DNA from: an uncultured Actinomycetota bacterium
GTDB taxonomy: Bacteria > Actinomycetota > Actinomycetes > S36-B12 > UBA10799
Assembly: GCA_963818505.1 (NCBI GenBank)
Contig: CAWFSJ010000006.1
Coordinates: 33,296 to 97,295 of the forward strand
Length of the DNA: 64,000 nt
Direction: 5' to 3'
The notes under the pieces were generated by a model. That model did no database searches. It had not been told where the DNA came from and worked only from the letters and a program-made list of their open reading frames with translations. Below are positions 20,036 to 30,294 of the stretch, one piece after another. How positions within the stretch are numbered: the stretch's first letter is position 1; the number at the start of each line of letters is the position of its first letter. The translations under genes and the position numbers were made by a program.

Positions 20036-20101
20036 GCAGCGTGCGGATCTGGCCGATGCGCCATGCCGCCGGCGGGTGATCGCCGCGAGTCCGAAAGCAG
20101 T

Positions 20102-20755
20102 TCAGTGACTAAGCACCCGTCCGAACAGCACGTCGAGTTCGGCTGCGGTCGTCTCGTAGTCGGTGTGGTGCACGCCCACCAGTCCCAGGTCGCGCGCAGC
20201 GACGACGTTGGGCATCAGGTCGTCGACGAACACACACGCAGCCGCCGGCAGGTCGATGGCCTGCAGCGTGTGGTGGTAGATCTGGGCGTCAGGTTTGCGC
20301 ATCCCGACCTCACCGGAGATCACCACGGCATCGAACATCCCGTCGAACAGGTCGGTCGGGTAGTTGTTGCCCCACGAGTTGCTCAGAAGAGCGGTGCGGA
20401 TTCCGTGCTCCTTGGCCCGGCGCACGTACGCGATCATGTCCGGACTGTGCCTGAAGAACTTGAACATGCGGTCCAGCAGCCCGGCTGCGGCCACGCTCTG
20501 CCCGGTGCGGGTCGTCAGGGATTCGGCCAGATGCTCCTCGAACTGCGGAACCTGCATCTCGCCGCGCTCCAGCGCGTGGATCGGGTTGTAGGCGGCTTCG
20601 ATCGCGTAGTCCCGGCCCAGCCATTCGCGCATGACCTCGATGAAGGCCGTGATGTCGATCTGCTCCTCGGCGGCCCAAGCCCCCATCGCCTCGGGCATCC
20701 CCACGGTGAGCACCCCGCCCCAGTCGACTATCAGTCCTGAGAGCGGCATATCCAC
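20102..20755 (-). CDS. HAD-superfamily hydrolase (subfamily IA-like)
   Basis: 217 aa. HAD motif I region LIVDWGGVLT, motif II LLSNS, and a C-terminal acidic motif VFVDD. Confidence 0.8.
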   Translation of the reverse strand: MDMPLSGLIVDWGGVLTVGMPEAMGAWAAEEQIDITAFIEVMREWLGRDYAIEAAYNPIHALERGEMQVPQFEEHLAESLTTRTGQSVAAAGLLDRMFKFFRHSPDMIAYVRRAKEHGIRTALLSNSWGNNYPTDLFDGMFDAVVISGEVGMRKPDAQIYHHTLQAIDLPAAACVFVDDLMPNVVAARDLGLVGVHHTDYETTAAELDVLFGRVLSH

Positions 20756-20758
20756 AGG

Positions 20759-21778
20759 TTATCGGGCCACTTCGGACACGATGGGGCCAAGGGCGTCGGC
20801 CCGCAACGGCTCCCCCAGGAAGCCGACCGCGGCCTGTGGCAGGAACTGACCCAGGCGGTCGGCCACGCGCGCGGTTGCCGCATGCGGATCGCTGCACTTG
20901 TTGATCACCACAGTCACTGTGCCCGTCACCGTTTCCACGACCGCGGGCAGGCTTCGCCAAAGTCGCTGCTGTGCGACCTCGGTGTCACCCACCACGATGA
21001 CGACGTGCTGGGCGGTTCCCAAGGCGATCATCGTCGCCGTGGTCCAGTCGGGGACCAGACCGATGTCGGCCCCCGGGTCGACCGCGCTGTCCACGTCGAC
21101 GACCACGTGCCGGTAACGCCTGCGCGCCGTGGTCAGGACCTGCTGGAAGGCACCGGGGTGCACAGCCGGGTAGGCGGCAGGCTCGACCCCTGTGAGCACC
21201 TGCAGCCCGGAACCAGCCGTCGCGCAGGCGAGATCATCCACGCCACGGTCGACTGCCAGGCACGCCCTGAGCAGGCCGCCGATCGGCAGACCGAAACGAT
21301 CCCCGACTCCCGCGGCGTGGACATTGCCGTCCAGCAGCAGCGTGGGAGCCGATGCGGCGAGGGCTTCGGCCAGAGCGCACGCCACCGTCGTGACACCCCA
21401 CGAACCCGGTGGGCCCCACACCGTGACCAGACTGCCGGGTTCGGGTGCTGGTTCTCCCACCGCCCGCAGCAGGCGGTTGAGCTCGGCCTGGTCGGACGGG
21501 CAGTCGCCGGAGTCACCGACCACCACGACCGGGGCCAGCGCCCGCAGCCGGGACAGGCCCTCGTGCAGGCGCGCGAGGTCCTCGGGCAGGACCACCAGAG
21601 CGACCTCGTCGTTCTCGCAACGAAGTAGGACCTCCACCATGGTGCGGCATGTCAGGACTGTCAGGCCGGCCGCCTGCGCATCTGCGGCCAGCACGTCCTC
21701 CCACAACTTGCCGGTCCGGCCGAGCACGATCGTCAACGCCACGTTTTCCCCAGGTTCCAGTTTCGACTCTGCGGTCAT
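20759..21778 (-). CDS. Ssd/TadZ(CpaE)-like ParA/MinD-family protein with degenerate P-loop
   Basis: 339 aa. The N-terminal receiver-like half (ALVVLPEDLARL...VVVVGD) is followed by a MinD/ParA-like half. Where the deviant Walker A is expected, the sequence reads VWGPPGSWGVTTVACALA, with no Lys. It lies 3 nt upstream of the HAD gene. Confidence 0.6.
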   Translation of the reverse strand: MTAESKLEPGENVALTIVLGRTGKLWEDVLAADAQAAGLTVLTCRTMVEVLLRCENDEVALVVLPEDLARLHEGLSRLRALAPVVVVGDSGDCPSDQAELNRLLRAVGEPAPEPGSLVTVWGPPGSWGVTTVACALAEALAASAPTLLLDGNVHAAGVGDRFGLPIGGLLRACLAVDRGVDDLACATAGSGLQVLTGVEPAAYPAVHPGAFQQVLTTARRRYRHVVVDVDSAVDPGADIGLVPDWTTATMIALGTAQHVVIVVGDTEVAQQRLWRSLPAVVETVTGTVTVVINKCSDPHAATARVADRLGQFLPQAAVGFLGEPLRADALGPIVSEVAR

Positions 21779-21804
21779 TATGCGCCTGTGGGATCATTCC
21801 CCTC

Positions 21805-22044
21805 GTGCGCTTCCTCACCCTGGCCGACGTCGCGGAGACCCTGAACATCTCCTCTGCTCAGACATACGCCCTCGTCAGATCCGGGGAACTGCGCGCGATC
21901 AAGGTGGGCGGGCGCGGCCAGTGGCGGGTCGAGACCACCGAACTTGAGGACTACATCCAGCGTGCCTACGAGAAGACCGCCGCGATGTTAGCCGAAGGGA
22001 ATCTCGACGCGGCCGAGCACGGCGGCGACCTGCCGCAGAGGTAG
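21805..22044 (+). CDS. helix-turn-helix (excisionase/MerR-like) DNA-binding protein
   Basis: GTG at 21805. VRFLTLADVAETLNISSAQTYALVRSGELRAIKVGGRGQWRVE matches the excisionase-family HTH pattern. It is divergent from the Ssd-like gene with only 26 nt between the two starts. Confidence 0.7.
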   Translation: MRFLTLADVAETLNISSAQTYALVRSGELRAIKVGGRGQWRVETTELEDYIQRAYEKTAAMLAEGNLDAAEHGGDLPQR

Positions 22045-22494
22045 CAACTCGGGTCGGCCCTCGCAGCGCACGTGCGCGAAATCCTGGGCGACCCACTCCA
22101 ACTGCACGATCCGGCTCCCCCCACCGGCCAGGAGCACCTCGCGCGGGATCCGTCCGGCCAGATGGCGCAAGGCCTGCCTGAAAGTCAAAGGGTTCGCTGG
22201 CACCCGGTGGTCGGCACGACTGCCGGTGCGGATCGCCGCGCAGGCCTGCGCGTGCACGAGCGCGGAGGGTATCTGGAACCAGCCGTCCCCCACCGCCAGC
22301 AACGGTCCGCGCAGGGTCCGTCCGGAAACCTCGACCTCGAGACTGGCGTACCCGCACAGGTACTCAGCCAGCGACCACGACCCCCGCTGGACCTCCAAGG
22401 CGTCACGGTGCTCGTAGTGCAGGTCCAGCCGGTCAGTGGCCGTCACCTGCACCTCGATGTCGGTGAGTTCGCTCCAGCGGTCATCCATATCCAC
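21988..22494 (-). CDS. hypothetical protein
   Basis: 168-aa ORF (GTG at 22494 or ATG at 22488) with coding-like composition. I recognise no motif. Its 3' end overlaps the convergent HTH gene by 57 nt. Confidence 0.5.
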   Translation of the reverse strand: MDMDDRWSELTDIEVQVTATDRLDLHYEHRDALEVQRGSWSLAEYLCGYASLEVEVSGRTLRGPLLAVGDGWFQIPSALVHAQACAAIRTGSRADHRVPANPLTFRQALRHLAGRIPREVLLAGGGSRIVQLEWVAQDFAHVRCEGRPELLPLRQVAAVLGRVEIPFG

Positions 22495-22569
22495 AACAGG
22501 CTAAACCACTGCGCGCAATAGGCATAAGATCTGATTCAAACGACATCAAACAGCGACAAATGAGATCAA

Positions 22570-22980
22570 ATGAACACACGCGCACTTGCTCAAGCTCTCC
22601 CCTGCGACGCCTGGGAACCCCCCACCCAGCCCGCTCGCACCCGCCATCTACGGCTCGTCACAGACGAGCAGCCGCAAGGTCCCGATGAGGTGTGGGTGAA
22701 ACGTCTGACGCAATGTCTGGTGGAGGTCCTGGCCGGGCAGCGTTCAGCAGCCACCCTGGTGAGGGTCCTTTCGCCAGCGGTCTTCACGGCGTTGCGCACG
22801 AGCGAAGCCGACCAGGGCCTCGCCGGCGGCAGGGTGGTCAGCGTTCGCACCCAGGCCCTCACCGACCAGAGCGTCGAGGTGGCCGCGGTGGTCAAGTGCG
22901 CGCAGCGCACCAGAGCGGTAGCCCTACGCCTTCACCGCCGGTCAAACCGGTGGCGGGTGGTCTGCCTGCTGGTGGTGTGA
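22570..22980 (+). CDS. Rv3235-family protein (DUF6459-like)
   Basis: 136 aa. The core WVKRLTQCLVEVLAGQRSAATLVRVLSPAVFTAL...VVSVRTQ...VEVAAVV matches the family conserved next to secA in Actinobacteria. Its stop abuts the secA stop. Confidence 0.75.
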   Translation: MNTRALAQALPCDAWEPPTQPARTRHLRLVTDEQPQGPDEVWVKRLTQCLVEVLAGQRSAATLVRVLSPAVFTALRTSEADQGLAGGRVVSVRTQALTDQSVEVAAVVKCAQRTRAVALRLHRRSNRWRVVCLLVV

Positions 22981-25761
<2,781 letters not shown>

Positions 25762-25799
25762 TGCATGGTACGTGACGACCCGGATGGTGGGATGGGGTC

Positions 25800-26594
25800 G
25801 TGATCCGCGAACGTCTCGACTTCGCCGAGGGCATACTGCGACCCTTGGCCGACAGCGATGCGCAGCCCATCGCACAAGCGTGTGGTGACCCCGAAATCGC
25901 CCGTTGGACGCAGGTCCCGGTCCCGTATTCGATCGACGACGCCCGGGAGTTCATCCGGACACGGGCCGGCGAGGCCCACGTGTGGGTCATCGACGCGGAC
26001 GGGCTGGCGGGGGTCATCGGACTGCGCAACACCTTGGCGACGATGCCTGGGCCCAAGACCGAGGTCGGCTACTGGGTGGCGCCCTGGGCCCGCGGCCGCG
26101 GACTGGCCACCGCGGCGCTGATCTCCGTGCGCGACGAGTGCCAGCGCGTGGGGTACCAGCGCATCGACTGGGAAGCGTTGAGCGGCAACGAAGCTTCGGT
26201 GCGCGTGGCACGCAAGGCCGGTTTCCGCATCGAGGGTGCGCGTCGGCAAGGCCTTGTCCAGCGCGGGCGCCTCGTCGACTCTGTCATCGGTGGCTGGACC
26301 GCACAGCCAGTGGTGGCCGAACTGGTGGCAGGACAGTGGCAGGTCCAGCCGCTGAATCCAGAGGCATTGCCGGCCGACCTGCGCCCCGCGGGCAGCAGTG
26401 CGGTCGCGGTCTGGGTGGCCCGGAGCGCCGTAGGTGGCCACGACAGCGGCTACATCCTCGGGTTGCGCTCGCCAGCCGGGGTTCACGTGGTGGGTCGGGA
26501 CGCACCCGAAGCGGCCGTCGAGGCCGCCCAGCGGTACTTGCGGGCACAGGGCTGGGCAGTCACCGACGAGCCGGTGCCGCCGGGGTGGTTGTGA
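25800..26594 (+). CDS. GNAT (RimJ/RimL-like) N-acetyltransferase with extra C-terminal domain of about 90 aa
   Basis: GTG at 25800. GNAT core ([36 protein letters not shown]). The last roughly 90 aa have no motif I recognise. Confidence 0.75.
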   Translation: MIRERLDFAEGILRPLADSDAQPIAQACGDPEIARWTQVPVPYSIDDAREFIRTRAGEAHVWVIDADGLAGVIGLRNTLATMPGPKTEVGYWVAPWARGRGLATAALISVRDECQRVGYQRIDWEALSGNEASVRVARKAGFRIEGARRQGLVQRGRLVDSVIGGWTAQPVVAELVAGQWQVQPLNPEALPADLRPAGSSAVAVWVARSAVGGHDSGYILGLRSPAGVHVVGRDAPEAAVEAAQRYLRAQGWAVTDEPVPPGWL

Positions 26595-26603
26595 CAGGGC
26601 AGC

Positions 26604-27194
26604 TCAGCCGGGTAGGCGCAACCATCCGATCTGCCCTGCGCGCACGACCGCCTGAGTCCGGGAGTTCACTCCGAGTTTGTTGAAGACATGGCCGAGGTGG
26701 TTGCGGACCGTGTGCTCGGAGATGAACAGGTTGGCTGCGATCTGGCGGTTGCTCATCCCCTGGGCGAGCAGCGTCGTCACCTCGAGCTCGCGGGCTGTGG
26801 GTTCGTTGGGACCACACACGGCCGCGCTTTGGCGCACGGTCACCTGACCACGACGCAGCGACTGGACGGCGAGGATCAGATCGGAGGGACTGCAGTCGCG
26901 GGCCAGGACCTCCTTGGCACCTGCCCTGACCAGGTCCACGACGGCACGGTCCGATCCGGGGACGCCGACCACGATGGTCGGGGTGTGCGATCGCAGCGCC
27001 TCCATCACGACATCGGCGTCTTGGGCCACGTGCCGGCGCACCCCCACGATGGCCGCCCCGTGCGGACCCGGCCAAGCCACCGAGACACCCCATGGGCTGA
27101 CTGTGGGCTCCGGGGAGAGCATCCCGTGCAACGTGGCCACAATGCCGTGGGCGAACAGGGGTTCGGGGTCCATCACCAAAGTGCGATGGACCAC
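26604..27194 (-). CDS. LuxR/FixJ-family transcriptional regulator with atypical receiver-like N-terminal domain
   Basis: C-terminal LuxR HTH (TARELEVTTLLAQGMSNRQIAANLFISEHTVRNHLGHVFNKLGV). The start is GTG at 27194, just after the hpf stop. The N-terminal domain lacks the usual DD pair. Confidence 0.8.
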   Translation of the reverse strand: MVHRTLVMDPEPLFAHGIVATLHGMLSPEPTVSPWGVSVAWPGPHGAAIVGVRRHVAQDADVVMEALRSHTPTIVVGVPGSDRAVVDLVRAGAKEVLARDCSPSDLILAVQSLRRGQVTVRQSAAVCGPNEPTARELEVTTLLAQGMSNRQIAANLFISEHTVRNHLGHVFNKLGVNSRTQAVVRAGQIGWLRLPG

Positions 27195-27208
27195 GGCGTT
27201 GCTGCTGG

Positions 27209-27859
27209 TCAGGCCGACTCCTCGGCGCGCTGCTCGTCGTCGGCGGTGTGCACCCGGATCAGACCGTAGTCGAATCCGCGGCGGCGGTAGACCACAGCCG
27301 GGTCCCCGGACCTCTCGTCGATGAACAGGAAGAAGTCGTGGCCGACCATCTCCATCTCGGTGACCGCCTGCTCGACGGACATCGGCACGGTCTCGTGGCT
27401 CTTCTCCCGGACGACCAGCGGCCCCTGCTCCCACACGGTGTCCTCGTCGGGATCGACCGCCTCGGCCTCAGCCTCGACGGCCGGGGTCTCCAGATTGTCG
27501 AAACCTTCGGCACGGGGACTGCGCAGCGACTCCGCGCCGTGCCGGTGGTAGCGGTTCTTGTCCGCAGCCCTGCGCAGACGCTGCTCCAGTCGCCCGTACG
27601 CGATGTCCAATGCGGCGTACTTGTCGGATGCGGCCGCTTCTGCGCGGATCACAGACCCGTTGGCCCGGGTAGTCAGTTCGACCTCGAAGGCGCGGTCTGC
27701 CAGACGTGGGTTCGCCTCTTTGGAGACCTCTACGTCGACGCGCCGCAGCGGTATCCCGAATTTGTCGATGCGCTCCAACTTGCTGTGTACGTGCTCACGG
27801 AAGCGCCGGGACACCTCAACGTGTCGGCCGTGCACCACGATCTCAGCAACGTCGCTCAC
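27209..27859 (-). CDS. hpf: ribosome hibernation promoting factor (long HPF)
   Basis: GTG at 27859, preceded by AAGGAGGG. The N-terminal RaiA/HPF fold (IVVHGRHVEVSRRFREHVHSKLERI...) is joined to the C-terminal dimerisation domain (MSVEQAVTEMEMVGHDFFLFID...VVYRRRGFDYGLI). Confidence 0.9.
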   Translation of the reverse strand: MSDVAEIVVHGRHVEVSRRFREHVHSKLERIDKFGIPLRRVDVEVSKEANPRLADRAFEVELTTRANGSVIRAEAAASDKYAALDIAYGRLEQRLRRAADKNRYHRHGAESLRSPRAEGFDNLETPAVEAEAEAVDPDEDTVWEQGPLVVREKSHETVPMSVEQAVTEMEMVGHDFFLFIDERSGDPAVVYRRRGFDYGLIRVHTADDEQRAEESA

Positions 27860-27940
27860 GACAGCCCTCCTTTGGTATGCCCACACCGGGCGTCTTCACG
27901 CTAACCCTTTGCCGCCCGTCAGCGCACGTCGGGTCGAGCA

Positions 27941-28573
27941 TCACCGTCCGGCCACCACGACTCTGCCCACCACGGTGTAGCCGGCGGCCACCAGGACCCG
28001 CTCACACTCGCCCAGGGTCGCCCCCGAGGTTCGCACGTCGTCTATCAGGATGACCGGGCCGGCACCGGGCCGCACGGCACGCATGCTGCCAGCGATGTTG
28101 GCCCGCCGAGCCGCGTAGGACAGTTCGGCAGCATCCGAGCGGCGCCGCGAACTCAGCAATCTGCACGCTTGAAGATCCACTGCTCCCCCAGCGATCCGCG
28201 CAAGCTCCCACGTGTGGTCGAAGCCTCGCCTCCGCAGGGCCTGCGGGGTGGATGGGGCGGGGACCACCAACGCGTCGTTGCCACCCAGGTCTTCAGCGAG
28301 CACCAGCATCAGGCCGGCCGCCAGGACCTGCGCGAGAACCGGACCAAGCGTGCGAACGCCGCGGTCCTTGTATCCAACGACGGCTTCTGGCACGCATCCC
28401 TCGTAGGGGCACCCGACCACCACTGGCGGGTCGGTCGCCAGAACCACGGGGTCCACCGCAGCTGCCAACTCGGCGTCGCACTCGCCGCACCAGGCACGAC
28501 CGGGGGCAGAGCAGCCCACGCAAGCAGACCCGAACAGCAGCGCGACCACGGCATCACCCCATGCGCCCACCAT
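27941..28573 (-). CDS. ComF-family phosphoribosyltransferase-domain protein
   Basis: Start ATG at 28573 (MVGAWGDAVVALLFGSACVGC...). It has the zinc-ribbon-like CxxC...CxxC and the PRTase motif VILIDDVRTSGATL. The upstream 198 codons of the track ORF are rejected. Confidence 0.85.
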   Translation of the reverse strand: MVGAWGDAVVALLFGSACVGCSAPGRAWCGECDAELAAAVDPVVLATDPPVVVGCPYEGCVPEAVVGYKDRGVRTLGPVLAQVLAAGLMLVLAEDLGGNDALVVPAPSTPQALRRRGFDHTWELARIAGGAVDLQACRLLSSRRRSDAAELSYAARRANIAGSMRAVRPGAGPVILIDDVRTSGATLGECERVLVAAGYTVVGRVVVAGR

Positions 28574-28623
28574 CCGATGATGCAGGTGGCGTAGGCCCAC
28601 CAGCCTTGGCGCTGTGGAAAACC

Positions 28624-30294
28624 TCAGCCCGGGTATCGGGGGTCGCGCCCGGCTGTGGTCGGCACCCAGGTCGTGCCGTTGAACTGCCAGATGCGCCCGT
28701 CTGCGGTACCCGACAGGAGCGGACGGCCCGGGGCTGCTGCCACCGACCGCGCCCGCGGCGGGCCCCCGAGCAGACTCACAGAGAACAACCCGAGGTCCAC
28801 GGTGGCCACCTGCGCCGGCTGACCGGGCTGCTTCACCAACAGGGCGGCTTGTGTGGCCGAAAGCCACGCAGCCGCGCGCACCGGGCCCGTGGCGATCGCC
28901 CTGGGCCGCGAAGGCCGCGCCGGACCGGTGCGGTCCATCCGAAGCAGGTAGGCCACCGCCGCATTGCGCGGTCCGGCCACCACAAGTGCACGGGATCCGT
29001 CCCGGGATACCTGAACAGAACTCACATCCGTCAATGGGATCGGCACCCGTCTGGCGCCCAGCACATTCACCGCCTGAACCGCCGCGCCCCGCCCCGGCAG
29101 CCACAGCACTCCGGTCCGGTCCCAGGAACCGCCTTCGCTGGTCATGCGGGTGCGCGCCCGGCTCCACGGCTGGCCTGGTTCCAGGGCCGCGGTGAGGGCT
29201 TGACCGGCTGGGTCCGTGGCGGCCACCGAGCCGAGGTCCAACGAGATGACAGGGTGGCTGACCGGGGGATCGGCCACCCCAGCCGCGCCCGGCACCTGTT
29301 CGGCCAGGCCCGCGGCAGGAACCTCCTGCACAGCACCACGCCTGGTGAAGTACCAGGGCACGGTGCCCGGCAGTCCGTCCGGATCCAATCCCGCCCAGGC
29401 CGTTCGTGGTTGTACCGCCTGTTCACCGGGGACCTCGTACGGCCGCCCCTCGACCGAGATGATCACCGCGCGCAGTCCCTGCACTTGGCGCAGAGTCCAG
29501 ACGATCTGGGCCGACAGATCCTGGCGCGCCCGGTCGTCGGCGAGATTAGCCGCATCGCTCAGGTCGACTCTCGCGATCCCGTCGGAGATGTTCACGGACA
29601 ACAGGGACGTCCCCTGCGGAAAGGCCGTGGTGACGGCAGGCTCCAGCCAAGCGCCCGGGCCCGACAGCAGCGACTCGAGCAGGTCGGTGGCGACATCACC
29701 CTGGCTGCTGGCTATGAGTACGGGATTCGGTGCCAGGATCGCCCCGGGACGCGCCATGAAGTAGGTCTGGTACTCCCGGAACGAGCGCTCCAGCCCTGCC
29801 CGCGAGAGAAGCAGGCCCGGTTCCAGTTCGGCGATGCGCCATTGACCGTCCACTTGCACGAGCCGAAATGCCGTGTTCACCTGCGTACCTGGCGGACTGG
29901 GGGCGTACTGGGATCGCCCGGAGATCACGCCCACCGCTGCCGCGTTGAGCCTGACCTCGCGTTCACTTGCGCTCGTGAGGGTGTCGGTGTCGTTGCCGTA
30001 GACGCGCACCCCGGCCTGCGGGTCCCAAGTGGAGGCGGCCGTCGCAGTCAGGTAGAGCCGGGCCACGGCGTGGTCGTCCTCGAAACCGGAGGCGGCATCC
30101 AGGAATCCCTGCACCACCTCGAGTTGGGTCATCCCCTCGCTGGGCGGTCGGGCCAGAACCCGGACGAAACTGTTCGCCCCCACGTCTGTGACGGGTTGGT
30201 CGACCTCGACCACTGGGCCGCTTGTTGGAACCTGGGCACATCCGGCCAGTGCCACCAGAGCAATGCCTGCCGCTGTGAAAGCTGTCCGGGTCAT
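28624..30294 (-). CDS. lpqB: MtrAB-associated lipoprotein LpqB
   Basis: 556 aa with a lipobox-like N-terminus (IALVALAGCAQ). An ATGA overlap joins it to mtrB, in the canonical mtrA-mtrB-lpqB order. Confidence 0.9.
   Translation of the reverse strand: MTRTAFTAAGIALVALAGCAQVPTSGPVVEVDQPVTDVGANSFVRVLARPPSEGMTQLEVVQGFLDAASGFEDDHAVARLYLTATAASTWDPQAGVRVYGNDTDTLTSASEREVRLNAAAVGVISGRSQYAPSPPGTQVNTAFRLVQVDGQWRIAELEPGLLLSRAGLERSFREYQTYFMARPGAILAPNPVLIASSQGDVATDLLESLLSGPGAWLEPAVTTAFPQGTSLLSVNISDGIARVDLSDAANLADDRARQDLSAQIVWTLRQVQGLRAVIISVEGRPYEVPGEQAVQPRTAWAGLDPDGLPGTVPWYFTRRGAVQEVPAAGLAEQVPGAAGVADPPVSHPVISLDLGSVAATDPAGQALTAALEPGQPWSRARTRMTSEGGSWDRTGVLWLPGRGAAVQAVNVLGARRVPIPLTDVSSVQVSRDGSRALVVAGPRNAAVAYLLRMDRTGPARPSRPRAIATGPVRAAAWLSATQAALLVKQPGQPAQVATVDLGLFSVSLLGGPPRARSVAAAPGRPLLSGTADGRIWQFNGTTWVPTTAGRDPRYPG

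Noticed and set aside
27860-27940. raiA-motif RNA, which is often found between comFC and raiA/hpf.
   Set aside because: The comF-hpf spacer is only 81 nt, far shorter than the roughly 200-nt motif, and shows no extended structure.
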